Part shown: positions 38,926 through 48,073 of the stretch, piece by piece | Layout: every line of letters starts with the position of its first letter | Position numbering within the stretch: the first letter of the stretch is position 1 | IMG/VR virus record: IMGVR_UViG_3300037189_026207 | Location: 1-64,000 of that record | Strand: one strand, 5' to 3' | Origin: a virus | Length of the DNA stretch: 64,000 nucleotides | The notes under the pieces: generated by a model | Databases searched by the model: none | What the model saw: only the letters and a program-made list of their open reading frames with translations | Told to the model about the DNA's origin: nothing | Translations under genes and position numbers: made by a program

Positions 38926-40126
38926 GTTTGAAGCGCTAGTGGGGCGGCTTCGTTACGTCGGCGAGTTTCTATTTAGCGGTAATTTGAGCGCGTACGCAGC
39001 AGCAGTCGGCATGACCGAGGAGTGGCTGACATACGTGTTGGATTCTGCCAATCGCGTTCGGCTCACGACTTTTATGCAGTTTGTCACGAGTGGACTGGTG
39101 TCTGCGGAGTGGTTATTTTGTGGCACAGGACCAATGTTAATGTCTAATGTTACAGTTGATTCAATTAGTGGTAATGCATCTTTGCAAAATATTAATAGTC
39201 GTTATGCGGTTTTAAATACGGCTGCCTTAGCTCCGCTTAAGCTGCCAGAGATCCCCGAACATAAACCTTCAACTGTGGAACACAACAATGACACGACACG
39301 ACAAATTATTTCTGTTGCTCGTCAAGTATTTATTTCATCAAAAAACGCTAAACCAATAATTTTGTTCGTCAATGCGGCGCCTTTAATGGCCAACATCGCG
39401 CCAATAATTGAAGAGCTGCTACGCAAGAAGTATTTGACTGGAGTTGCTCTGTCGCTTTCTGCTGCTGAACTGGACTATCAACACTCAGGGCAGACAGATC
39501 CTGGCACATTTAATGATATCGTGATTCGCGGCGGCCAATCTGGTCTTGGCTTGGGTGAGGCGTTGGGCGCTTTTATCGCGAACCGCACTACGAACGACAA
39601 GAGTGTGTTAGCGGCTGCGTATTCTGTTGGCGTACCTGTGACGGTACACGGCAGCGTAGGTGAGTCTCCCATGCATTTCTGCGCAGCCAAAAACGGCGCA
39701 GAGCTTGGGGCGGCCTACGGCGCAACTAGTTATGTTGATTCGCTCGTGTTTGCTGAGCAGGTCCGCAACATGTCCGGCGACGCCATGAGCCTGTTTTTAA
39801 ATTTGGGTTCCGTTGCGCCTGGCTTGCCGCTGCTTTCCTCTGCGATGGCTGCTGCGCAAGAAGGACTTGGTTTGACATTTAATCGATTAAAAATCTCTCG
39901 ATTTACGACGAGAAAAGTGACTAGCAATTTGGACGCGTGTGTATGCGCCCCATATGACTATTCGTTAGCAAATCTTCTGAGCGCATGCGACGCAATCTTT
40001 GAGGGAGGATTCGATGTCTACGTCAATCAAAATACCGGAGAGCAGTTTGCCTCCTTCGGAATGCTTAAGCAGTGTGCTGAAAACGTTCGAGAACGCGCAG
40101 AAGAGCAACGTAAGCGCAAGAGATAA
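38846..40126 (+). CDS. XRE/CI-type HTH fused to a degenerate deoxyhypusine-synthase-like domain
   Basis: VSAEWLFCGTGPM; GLGEALG, SVLAAAY..GVPVTVH..VG, GA..G..SY.D...F, FLNLGS. Confidence 0.6.
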   Translation: MEPDNSTEKAEKPKKKKQYERQRTSPEFEALVGRLRYVGEFLFSGNLSAYAAAVGMTEEWLTYVLDSANRVRLTTFMQFVTSGLVSAEWLFCGTGPMLMSNVTVDSISGNASLQNINSRYAVLNTAALAPLKLPEIPEHKPSTVEHNNDTTRQIISVARQVFISSKNAKPIILFVNAAPLMANIAPIIEELLRKKYLTGVALSLSAAELDYQHSGQTDPGTFNDIVIRGGQSGLGLGEALGAFIANRTTNDKSVLAAAYSVGVPVTVHGSVGESPMHFCAAKNGAELGAAYGATSYVDSLVFAEQVRNMSGDAMSLFLNLGSVAPGLPLLSSAMAAAQEGLGLTFNRLKISRFTTRKVTSNLDACVCAPYDYSLANLLSACDAIFEGGFDVYVNQNTGEQFASFGMLKQCAENVRERAEEQRKRKR

Positions 40127-41171
40127 ATTTTTATTGGCCGCCGCCGCGGTACATTTGGCGCAGCGCTTATTCTCAGGTACCGGCAGTACGAATACAGCAT
40201 TTCGCGAAGCGGCCGCAGTTGAGATGGCGGCTACGCTGAGCAAACTGGCTGAGTTGCCGTGGAACAGGGTAAATTTTCCGGTAGCTAGTGTGCTGACGTC
40301 GCAGACCTACGCCGACATTTTTGCAGAGCACAGCGTAAAAGATTCTGACCGCCCGCAGGTCTTGCTCGAGAGCCTGTTTACATTTCTAAACGTGCTCGAG
40401 ATGGACCCAGATTTAGGGTCAGAATCTGTTCTGCGACAAATTTTGCAAAGTGATGCTGTAACGAGAACTGTTGCGGCTACGCCCATTGAATTGAATTATC
40501 GCGCAAACGTATTAAAGATTTTTTCGCCGGCCAACGTAGCGGCAATTGATCTTGAGCCGTTACAGATTGTTGTGTACCGCGGCGAGCTTTTAGGCGGCGG
40601 ATTCGGGCCTGAGCTCTGGGGCCTGGCGTACAACCACGCGGACGATATGACGTACGTCCTGCTCGAAACGGGCGAGTTCTTAAAATTGCCGTCGACTAAT
40701 CTGTGTCTCGCAACGACGAAAGATTATGCGTCAAGCGAGGTACCGCCGTATTTGCTGGCGTGCGGTAAATTGTTCTTTCCGCACTTCCTGCCAAAGCTGC
40801 GAGTCAATCCGGCGACGATCGCAAAATTAGATAAAAACTTCGGTTCGTTTACGGAGCCTGTCTCACTAGTTTATGCAGACGTTTCTTCGCTAGAAAATTG
40901 TGAATCTGTACTTGACAGAGCTCGCTGGACGAGCGATCATGCGGACTCGAAGGGTGCGGTTAAAACGTTTGACGTAAATAGTTCTTGGCAGATTGTGGTA
41001 AACGCGCAGCAAGCCGCTATTAGGCCATACGTTAGCAGTGTTCTCGTGAATGCCGGAACTGGGTTGGTGATCATGCGCCTCGACACTCCGCGAGAGTTTT
41101 CAGCGTACGGTATTTATTTTTATCCGGCTGGTCCGGCGTCCGCCGCTTTAATTTCTTGCCCCAATCTGTAA
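40014..41171 (+). CDS. Hypothetical protein
   Basis: GGAGG RBS; 385 aa. Confidence 0.65.
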   Translation: MSTSIKIPESSLPPSECLSSVLKTFENAQKSNVSARDKFLLAAAAVHLAQRLFSGTGSTNTAFREAAAVEMAATLSKLAELPWNRVNFPVASVLTSQTYADIFAEHSVKDSDRPQVLLESLFTFLNVLEMDPDLGSESVLRQILQSDAVTRTVAATPIELNYRANVLKIFSPANVAAIDLEPLQIVVYRGELLGGGFGPELWGLAYNHADDMTYVLLETGEFLKLPSTNLCLATTKDYASSEVPPYLLACGKLFFPHFLPKLRVNPATIAKLDKNFGSFTEPVSLVYADVSSLENCESVLDRARWTSDHADSKGAVKTFDVNSSWQIVVNAQQAAIRPYVSSVLVNAGTGLVIMRLDTPREFSAYGIYFYPAGPASAALISCPNL

Positions 41172-41173
41172 AA

Positions 41174-42649
41174 ATGACTGCCGCCACACGTCGCCCGAGA
41201 ATAGTTGTTATTGGTGATTTACTCGCCGACGTGTGGTGGCAGGCCGGGCCATCTAGCCGCAACATAGAGCACGCGGCTATGGCGTTGGTTAGCGCGCCCG
41301 GCAGCAAAAAAATTACTGCTGGCGGCGTAGGCATTGTAGCAGCGGCTTTAGGGCGTGCCGGCTTTCAAGACGTTTCTTTGTTTTCTATTATCGGGCCGCA
41401 ACCCGAAGCTAGTTTAGCGTTGCGAACATTAACGCGAATCGGCGTGAATACTGAACACGTAATTCGCGATGCTGATTTCGTGACGCCAATTAAAACAAGA
41501 TATATCAATGCAAATGGGCATATCCTGCTTCGGCACGATATTGAAACAACGCCGGCGGGTCATTCTGACTTTAGTAGCGCTCTAGCCTATTTAATAAAAG
41601 ATGCTGATTTTGTAGTAGTGTCAGACTATGCAAAAGGTTGTATAACACCGCACGACCGGTTGCGTATTGTGCAGCTGTGCCAGCGCTATTCAAAACTGTT
41701 ACTTGTTGACACAAAACCCAGCGTTATTGACGCGTATCGCTGCGCAAACATATTTAAATTAAATAGAGCAGAAACAGAGGCAGTAGCCGGCGCACCAACA
41801 GGCTCGTTGCTAGATACAGCGTATTTGGCTGCGTGTAAATTAAATTGTGATGCGCTAATCGCAACAGACGGCGACAACGGCGTGGTTTGGGCGTCGGCAA
41901 TGCATAAAAGAAGTACGGCGGCGCCAAAAAAGCATGTCGCCGGAAATTGCGTGGGCGCTGGTGATATATTTTTCGCCGGACTGATTCTTGGATTGGCGCA
42001 GCGCGACGCGCTTGGCGGGCCTGTATCTGCTGATGATTTAGATAAGGCAGTATTTTATGGGCTTGTTGCGGCCGGCCAGCGAGTGCGAACAAATGGGTTT
42101 AAACCGTTCTCGCCCGCGGCGATTCAACAAGAAGTTTTTCGACATCAGACGCGATTTAATCCAGCTCGCAAGATTTGCTCGTACCGCGAATTTTGCCGAC
42201 TTGCAGCGCAGCTCCGTGAATCAGGCAGACGGATCGTGTTTACGAATGGCTGTTTTGATTTAATGCACGAGGGCCATGTCAGCACTTTGATGTGGTCGCG
42301 CAAGCAGGGTGACGCATTATTTGTTGCGGTGGATTCAGATCAAAATGTGCGGCGGCTAAAAGGCGCCACACGCCCTGTGCACGACGAAACGACTCGCGCT
42401 ACAAATGTCGCGGCGCTTGAGTGCGTGGATGCTGTATGCGTCTTTGACGAAACAGCCGCGGATGAAAACATGTCTTTACGCGACCTAATCCGCGCGGTAC
42501 AGCCAGCTTTTTTGACTAAGGGGCCAGACTACGCAGATAAAAAAATTGTTGGACAGGAGTTTGCCGATCAGGTTTTACTTTGCCCGCTTGTTCCGGGTAA
42601 AAGCACAACGGCATTTGTTAATAAAATGACTGGATCCTTTAACTCGTGA
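41174..42649 (+). CDS. hldE: Bifunctional heptose-7-P kinase / heptose-1-P adenylyltransferase
   Basis: VIGD..D, SDYAKG, N..E, GAGD (PfkB); VFTNGCFD.MH.GH, V..LKG..RP, KG.DY, STT. Confidence 0.9.
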   Translation: MTAATRRPRIVVIGDLLADVWWQAGPSSRNIEHAAMALVSAPGSKKITAGGVGIVAAALGRAGFQDVSLFSIIGPQPEASLALRTLTRIGVNTEHVIRDADFVTPIKTRYINANGHILLRHDIETTPAGHSDFSSALAYLIKDADFVVVSDYAKGCITPHDRLRIVQLCQRYSKLLLVDTKPSVIDAYRCANIFKLNRAETEAVAGAPTGSLLDTAYLAACKLNCDALIATDGDNGVVWASAMHKRSTAAPKKHVAGNCVGAGDIFFAGLILGLAQRDALGGPVSADDLDKAVFYGLVAAGQRVRTNGFKPFSPAAIQQEVFRHQTRFNPARKICSYREFCRLAAQLRESGRRIVFTNGCFDLMHEGHVSTLMWSRKQGDALFVAVDSDQNVRRLKGATRPVHDETTRATNVAALECVDAVCVFDETAADENMSLRDLIRAVQPAFLTKGPDYADKKIVGQEFADQVLLCPLVPGKSTTAFVNKMTGSFNS

Positions 42650-42766
42650 GTTTTTGTGTCTGCACCTAGCATATGTGGTTTACTTTTTTTGACTGTTTTT
42701 TGGCCTGTTGTTTTACTTTTTTGGTGGCCTAAAGCAGGGTAGATAATTTGCATCTGGAGGCAGTTT

Positions 42767-43003
42767 ATGGCTGAGGAGACTGAAGTTGCGGCTATTAAAA
42801 CGGCTAAAACAAAAAGCGGCCGCGCAATATCAATACAAGCATGGTTTACCGATAAACTCGGCACTACTGTCGGTGACCGCATGTTTAAAGAATTTGTTCA
42901 ATTTACGGCAGACGCAGCGGGTAGCGGGCCCGGCAGTCCTGGCGTATTATTAGACGTTCGTGGTGGTCGTGTTGTCTCTGTACACTCAGCAGCCTTGGAG
43001 TAA
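42767..43003 (+). CDS. Hypothetical protein
   Basis: GGAGG RBS. Confidence 0.6.
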   Translation: MAEETEVAAIKTAKTKSGRAISIQAWFTDKLGTTVGDRMFKEFVQFTADAAGSGPGSPGVLLDVRGGRVVSVHSAALE

Positions 43004-43006
43004 AAA

Positions 43007-43303
43007 ATGCCGCTATCTGCAGACAAATTAGCTCGCTGTAACGAAGCCCTCACCGCGCTGCATCAGCTTCGCGGCGATTACGGCGATGTGCTTATTGTTC
43101 TTGACTACGTATCTCTTGCGGACGTCAACAACTACCAATCAGATACGGACGACAAACGCGCCGGAGACGTACTTACCGAGGAGGAAATGTCTGGCGTGTT
43201 ATGGCATGTCGGCAAACAGGTAGGCGGCACAAGCCCAGATCTTATTGCGGCTCATGTGGAGTACGCGCTAGACGAGCACACTCGACGAAATACGCCGCAG
43301 TGA
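43007..43303 (+). CDS. Hypothetical protein
   Basis: GGAG RBS. Confidence 0.6.
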   Translation: MPLSADKLARCNEALTALHQLRGDYGDVLIVLDYVSLADVNNYQSDTDDKRAGDVLTEEEMSGVLWHVGKQVGGTSPDLIAAHVEYALDEHTRRNTPQ

Positions 43304-43329
43304 TTTGACGCCAAAGACAAATAACTTTT

Positions 43330-43403
43330 GGGCCTCTAGCTCAATTGGTTAGAGCATCGGACTTTTAATCCGTTGGTTCTGGGTTCGAGTCCCAGGGGGC
43401 CCA
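43330..43403 (+). tRNA. tRNA-Lys(UUU), CCA not encoded
   Basis: gggcctc/ggggccc acceptor, anticodon TTT, GGTTCGAGTCC. Confidence 0.95.
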
Positions 43404-43410
43404 TCACCCC

Positions 43411-43580
43411 GGGCATGCTGATGTCCAGAGCGCCATGGCTCAAGCCGCTGCCTTCATTGCCGGCGGCTCAGCACCCTAGTCATGAGTGGGTTTGTAACCA
43501 TGAAGCCGGCGGTGTTTAAGCTAAGACGGGATTCCTCACGGACGCGCGCCGGAAGTCGTAAACGCAAGGAAGAAAGCGCA
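43411..43580 (+). ncRNA. Candidate structured RNA between two tRNAs
   Basis: GC-rich, consecutive hairpins, no credible ORF. Confidence 0.35.
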
Positions 43581-43583
43581 GGT

Positions 43584-43654
43584 TGCCCGATGGTGTAACG
43601 GTAGCACAAGAGATTTTGGTTCTCTTTGTCTAGGTTCAAATCCTAGTCGGGCAT
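43584..43654 (+). tRNA. tRNA-Gln(UUG), CCA not encoded
   Basis: tgcccga/tcgggca acceptor, agaga-TT TTG GT-tctct arm, GGTTCAAATCC. Confidence 0.93.
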
Positions 43655-43682
43655 TGGTTAGCAATTTTAACAGGAGACACAA

Positions 43683-43946
43683 ATGTCTGATCGTTTTGCG
43701 CTAGAAACTGAAATTTTGAATTTCTCTAACGTCGCCGATGACATAGACAACATCTGCGAAGCGGTACTAGAGCGCGATATGCACACCGACGACATTGCAA
43801 ATGCCTTGATTGGTTTGTCTACGTTGCTCCGGCTGCGCGTAGAAAAGACATTCGACACGTTCAAGGCCGCATTTAAATTAGACGAGTACAGTTCACTACA
43901 CTCTGCTACAGGTGCCGCCAGTGCATGCTCCGAAGAAGACGAGTAA
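43683..43946 (+). CDS. Hypothetical protein (MSDRFALE..I)
   Basis: AGGAG RBS. Confidence 0.65.
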   Translation: MSDRFALETEILNFSNVADDIDNICEAVLERDMHTDDIANALIGLSTLLRLRVEKTFDTFKAAFKLDEYSSLHSATGAASACSEEDE

Positions 43947-44151
43947 GAAACAGCGCGTTATTATTGGCTTATTGACGATCCAAGATCACCTAAATGATTT
44001 GCTGTTAGAGCTGTGCCCGCCCTGCCCAGATTGCTGCCCCCCGCGCGGCCCGTGTGAGCCAGGAGAAGTTCACGATTATGGCCGCGGGGAGATATACATG
44101 TGCGATACGTGTAACGGGCGCGGATACATGCTCCCATCTGACGAAGATTAG
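43912..44151 (+). CDS. Small Cys-rich protein
   Basis: CPPCPDCC...CDTCNGRG. Confidence 0.5.
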   Translation: MPPVHAPKKTSKKQRVIIGLLTIQDHLNDLLLELCPPCPDCCPPRGPCEPGEVHDYGRGEIYMCDTCNGRGYMLPSDED

Positions 44152-44166
44152 CCACCGGAGGCGACC

Positions 44167-44823
44167 ATGGGTAAAATAATATTTGGAGGTCAAACCATGG
44201 CGCCGGCATTCGACACATCGAGAATGTCACCGGATGAATTCAAATTTATCCGGCTGTATTGCGCTACAGCTCGTAATGATTATTACGCTGTGATGACAGC
44301 TGTCGCGCTCGCAGACCCGGCAGAACTGGGATTGACGTGTCCCTTTTCCGCCGCAAAAATGGCTTTTGGTTTTCAGGGTATGTACCGCGAGTACGCGCAC
44401 AAATTCGCCGAGATCGGCGCAAAACACATTTCAGAAAAGACCGCAGAAGAGTGCCTGCCGCCCCTGCTGCCGTCCTTAGACGATGTCGGAAAAATATTTA
44501 CGATGTCGTTTTTCAAGATAGTGGATTCGGCCACGCAAAAAGCAATAGTTACGCCATCAAACAAAGTACCGCACGACGGGTGGAGCAGTGGGCGACCGGC
44601 AGACTGGCAGCATTCGTTAAAGTCGCTGCACGAGATTCAAAAACAAAAGAATCCGGCTGCAGATTTAAATCTTTTATTCAGCAAACTGTTTTCAATATTT
44701 ATGGGGTATACATTTTACAATCAGCCGGGGCTACCCGCTCCCGATGATTACAACGACGATTACGACCCCTACGACGATTATTATGGCGAGGATGACGACG
44801 ATAGTGATTACTACTTCAAATAG
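44167..44823 (+). CDS. Hypothetical protein with D/Y-rich tail
   Basis: GGAGG RBS. Confidence 0.6.
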   Translation: MGKIIFGGQTMAPAFDTSRMSPDEFKFIRLYCATARNDYYAVMTAVALADPAELGLTCPFSAAKMAFGFQGMYREYAHKFAEIGAKHISEKTAEECLPPLLPSLDDVGKIFTMSFFKIVDSATQKAIVTPSNKVPHDGWSSGRPADWQHSLKSLHEIQKQKNPAADLNLLFSKLFSIFMGYTFYNQPGLPAPDDYNDDYDPYDDYYGEDDDDSDYYFK

Positions 44824-44832
44824 GGAGTAATT

Positions 44833-45966
44833 TTGTCTACGCCTTTTTTTGTGTTTTGCGCAGATCTGCATTTAGCAGACGGCGCGTGGACGAGCCGCCC
44901 GGCAATTTACGGCGATTCCTATTACAGTTTTGCCCAGATTGTTGACCATTGTCTGGAGCACAAGCTCCCGATGGTTATTGGCGGCGACGTCTTAGATGTA
45001 AAAAAGAATTTAGCTCGGCCAGTGCAGCAGCTGTATCTGCAGATGTCGCGTATGGCGGAAGCTAAGCTGCCCGTTTACTACATTCAGGGGCAGCACGAAC
45101 TTGACCGCAACGTAACGTGGTTGAGCGTACATCCCTGGCCCGTCAACGTGCATAAGACGACGTTTACAATTGCGGGCTTAAAGATATACGGGATTGATTG
45201 GCTTCCGCGCGGAGAGATCCAGGAAGCCTTTGAGCAAGTTCCGCCAGACACGGACATTCTAGTATGTCATCAGGTCTGGAAAGACTTTATGAAAAACGTA
45301 GGACGACCCGAGTGTCATCTAGGCGATGTGCATCACGTTAAATTTGTGCTGAGTGGGGACTTCCACGTTACCACAATTGAGACGGCGCCAAATGCGCAAG
45401 GAGATCCGGCGCAACTTATCTCAACCGGCTCTACCTGCATGCAAGACATCAGCGAAAGTTCGGACAAATTCTTTTATGTTGTCGGCAGTGGTGGTTCTTG
45501 TTTGGAAGTTTTTTCGCAACAGCTAAAAACTCGCCGCATGAAGTCATATACGGTAACCAGCGCAGAAATGCTCGATGATTTGTGCGCAGGCGGTTTTCTT
45601 AAAGACATTCAAGACATGATCGGAGATTTGCCCGCAGAAATAAATAAACCGCTTGTGCGCGTTAAGTTCGATAAAACTATCCCGGACGCCTATATTCGGA
45701 TTACCACAGCCGTCGGCGACCATGCACATTTATTTTGTGACGCGCTTGTTAACAAAAATCGCGGCGAGCAGGAAACCAATCGCGCAGTCACTAAGAATGA
45801 TTTGCTGACAACCGTAGCGGAGTTGCTGAATAACGACCCCGCTGCGTTTAATCTGGCCAGCATTCTTCTAGCCGCCGATAGCCCGGCCGGCGAACTAGAA
45901 GATCAGTTTGTACAATTCCAAAACCCAGAGGAATCTAAAGATGCAGTTATTGCGTCTGGAAGTTAA
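44833..45966 (+). CDS. SbcD/Mre11 (gp47-like) nuclease
   Basis: ADLH, GGD, GQHE, CHQ, GDFH phosphoesterase motifs. Confidence 0.88.
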   Translation: MSTPFFVFCADLHLADGAWTSRPAIYGDSYYSFAQIVDHCLEHKLPMVIGGDVLDVKKNLARPVQQLYLQMSRMAEAKLPVYYIQGQHELDRNVTWLSVHPWPVNVHKTTFTIAGLKIYGIDWLPRGEIQEAFEQVPPDTDILVCHQVWKDFMKNVGRPECHLGDVHHVKFVLSGDFHVTTIETAPNAQGDPAQLISTGSTCMQDISESSDKFFYVVGSGGSCLEVFSQQLKTRRMKSYTVTSAEMLDDLCAGGFLKDIQDMIGDLPAEINKPLVRVKFDKTIPDAYIRITTAVGDHAHLFCDALVNKNRGEQETNRAVTKNDLLTTVAELLNNDPAAFNLASILLAADSPAGELEDQFVQFQNPEESKDAVIASGS

Positions 45967-48070
45967 GAACTGGTGTCAACATAAATACCGTGTCTGCACA
46001 TTTACACGCGGGCTGGTTGCAATCGTAGGAAAGATTGGCTCGGGTAAATCTAATTTATTAGGCGCAATTTGTTGGCTGCTTACCGGCGAAAATCCAAACG
46101 CCGGCGTAAAAGCTGATAATGTGGCGCAGTTGGCGTCTCCCGACGAGCCGGCATTTGCCACGCTTGAGTTTGAACACTCCGGGCACGTGGTTGTTGTTAC
46201 GCGGCACTTGCTTCCCGAAAAAGAACAAGCCACGCTTCTCGTCGACGGTAATGAGGCTGCTCGCGGAGATAAGGCGGTTACAGCTTACATTGAAAAGCTG
46301 CTCGGTATCGACAGCAAATTTATTTCTCGGTTTGTAATCGTTGCGCAGAACGAGATCTTTGCATTTATCGAGGATGGCGCGGCTGAGGTTGATAGGTTTT
46401 TCCAGAAATTGTTTGGCACAGCGGTCGCCGAGAAATGCCAAGACGTTATCGGCAAACACTTAAACAAATTGACAATCCCAGAGGTAATAGAAACTTCAAA
46501 TCAGCTAATTACGCGGCTTGACGAATTAAATGTCCAATTGAATGCGCTGGACATTGAAATCGCGAAACTACCCTCGCTCGAGTCTTTTTTAGCTATTCAA
46601 CAAACGCAGCAAAAAGTTATTCAAGACTGGGAGCGGCGAACGCGCTTGGTGGCGGAATTAGCTACCGCAGAAAAAAGCACTGAGATTCATGAACAGCAGC
46701 TTCAAGACGCTACGCGGGAACTTGCGCAGTACGACAGTGATCTTGAGGCACTGCGCAAAGCCCTCGGCGGCGATCAGGCGGCACATTCAACCGCTAAGAT
46801 TGCACTAGGGCATTGGGCAAACTATAAGCATTTGTCTACCGCAAAAGAAAAGACGCAAAATCGTATAAATGAAATTGTAACGCTGCGCGCGGCAACACAA
46901 GCTCCGGCAGCACCCGCGGCAGACGTTATTGATGTTGCTGTCAAACAAGAGATGGCGACAATTGCAGAGCTGACGCGTTTAGAAAAATTTGTAAGCACAT
47001 TTGCGACAGACGGCGTAGCCGAGTGTCCGACTTGCCACACTTCCGCAAAAGATTTGAAAAAAGCTGTCGAGCAAGCTCAGCGCAGTATTGTTGAATTAAA
47101 TGCGTTGCGTAAAAAGCAAAATGCGGAGGTTCAAGCGGCGTATACCGCAAAGCAGGCATATGATGTATGGGCGCAGCAGGATTTAAACCTAGCGGCAGAA
47201 GAGAAACAGCTCCGCGAATCCATGGCGCTGTTCTCCAATGTGCAAATGCCCGAGCTGAGCGAAGAAGAGTCCGCAAAAATTGTTATGGACTTTGAAAATT
47301 TTCAAAAGGCTGAGCTGGGAATTCTTCCGCTGGCGCAAGCCGCAAAAGAAAAACGCGCGGCGTTGTCTGGCGGTCTGTCGGCGGCTAAACAGCAATATGA
47401 AAATCTTCAGGCGCAGATTGCTGACATAAAAGTAACGCAGGCAGAGGCGCATATGGCTACCACTGTACTGCAAAATTTAAGCCAGCAGTGTGTCAAGCGC
47501 CAAGAGTTAGAGCGGCAACACGCAGAGTTGAAATTTTCTTGCGATAACATTAATCAACAATATTTAACTGCAAAAGAAAATGAGCAAAAAGCTGAGCGGA
47601 TGCGTGACTGGTCTGCGGTAGCCACTTCGGCAAAAGACGCGCTCAAGGCTGCGCCGAGGATTGTTGCGGCTAGAAATTTAAAAAGACTAGAGGCTGCAAT
47701 AAATGAATTATTACAAGTATTTGGTGTTGACTTTTTTGTACGCGCCGCCAATGACGAATCGCCAACATTTATTGCTGAATTTTTCGATGGACGTAAACAG
47801 CCGGCAAAAAGATTATCGTACGGGCAAAAAACCGTATTAGCGTTAGCTTTTCGCGTAGCTGTTAATGCGTTGTTTGCCGAAGAAATTGGTTTACTGGCGC
47901 TGGATGAACCCACAGCTTATTTAGATCAACAGAGAATTAAGGCGCTAGCCCCGGTTCTTGAAAAATTGCGCGAGCTTTCTACCGCGCGTGGGTTACAATG
48001 TCTATTGGTAACTCACGAAACTAGCCTGGCTCATTTGTTTGAGTCGGCGGTTGAGCTCGATGTGCAATAA
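45941..48070 (+). CDS. SbcC/Rad50 (gp46-like) ATPase
   Basis: GKIGSGKS, zinc hook CPTC, LSYGQK, LALDEPT, VTH. Confidence 0.92.
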   Translation: MQLLRLEVKNWCQHKYRVCTFTRGLVAIVGKIGSGKSNLLGAICWLLTGENPNAGVKADNVAQLASPDEPAFATLEFEHSGHVVVVTRHLLPEKEQATLLVDGNEAARGDKAVTAYIEKLLGIDSKFISRFVIVAQNEIFAFIEDGAAEVDRFFQKLFGTAVAEKCQDVIGKHLNKLTIPEVIETSNQLITRLDELNVQLNALDIEIAKLPSLESFLAIQQTQQKVIQDWERRTRLVAELATAEKSTEIHEQQLQDATRELAQYDSDLEALRKALGGDQAAHSTAKIALGHWANYKHLSTAKEKTQNRINEIVTLRAATQAPAAPAADVIDVAVKQEMATIAELTRLEKFVSTFATDGVAECPTCHTSAKDLKKAVEQAQRSIVELNALRKKQNAEVQAAYTAKQAYDVWAQQDLNLAAEEKQLRESMALFSNVQMPELSEEESAKIVMDFENFQKAELGILPLAQAAKEKRAALSGGLSAAKQQYENLQAQIADIKVTQAEAHMATTVLQNLSQQCVKRQELERQHAELKFSCDNINQQYLTAKENEQKAERMRDWSAVATSAKDALKAAPRIVAARNLKRLEAAINELLQVFGVDFFVRAANDESPTFIAEFFDGRKQPAKRLSYGQKTVLALAFRVAVNALFAEEIGLLALDEPTAYLDQQRIKALAPVLEKLRELSTARGLQCLLVTHETSLAHLFESAVELDVQ

Positions 48071-48073
48071 TTC

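Noticed and set aside
43411-43580. Hammerhead or HDV-like ribozyme, TIGR array, or tmRNA
   Set aside because: CTGATGT lacks the CUGAUGA core; I could not build the nested pseudoknot; no regular periodicity; no tRNA-like ends
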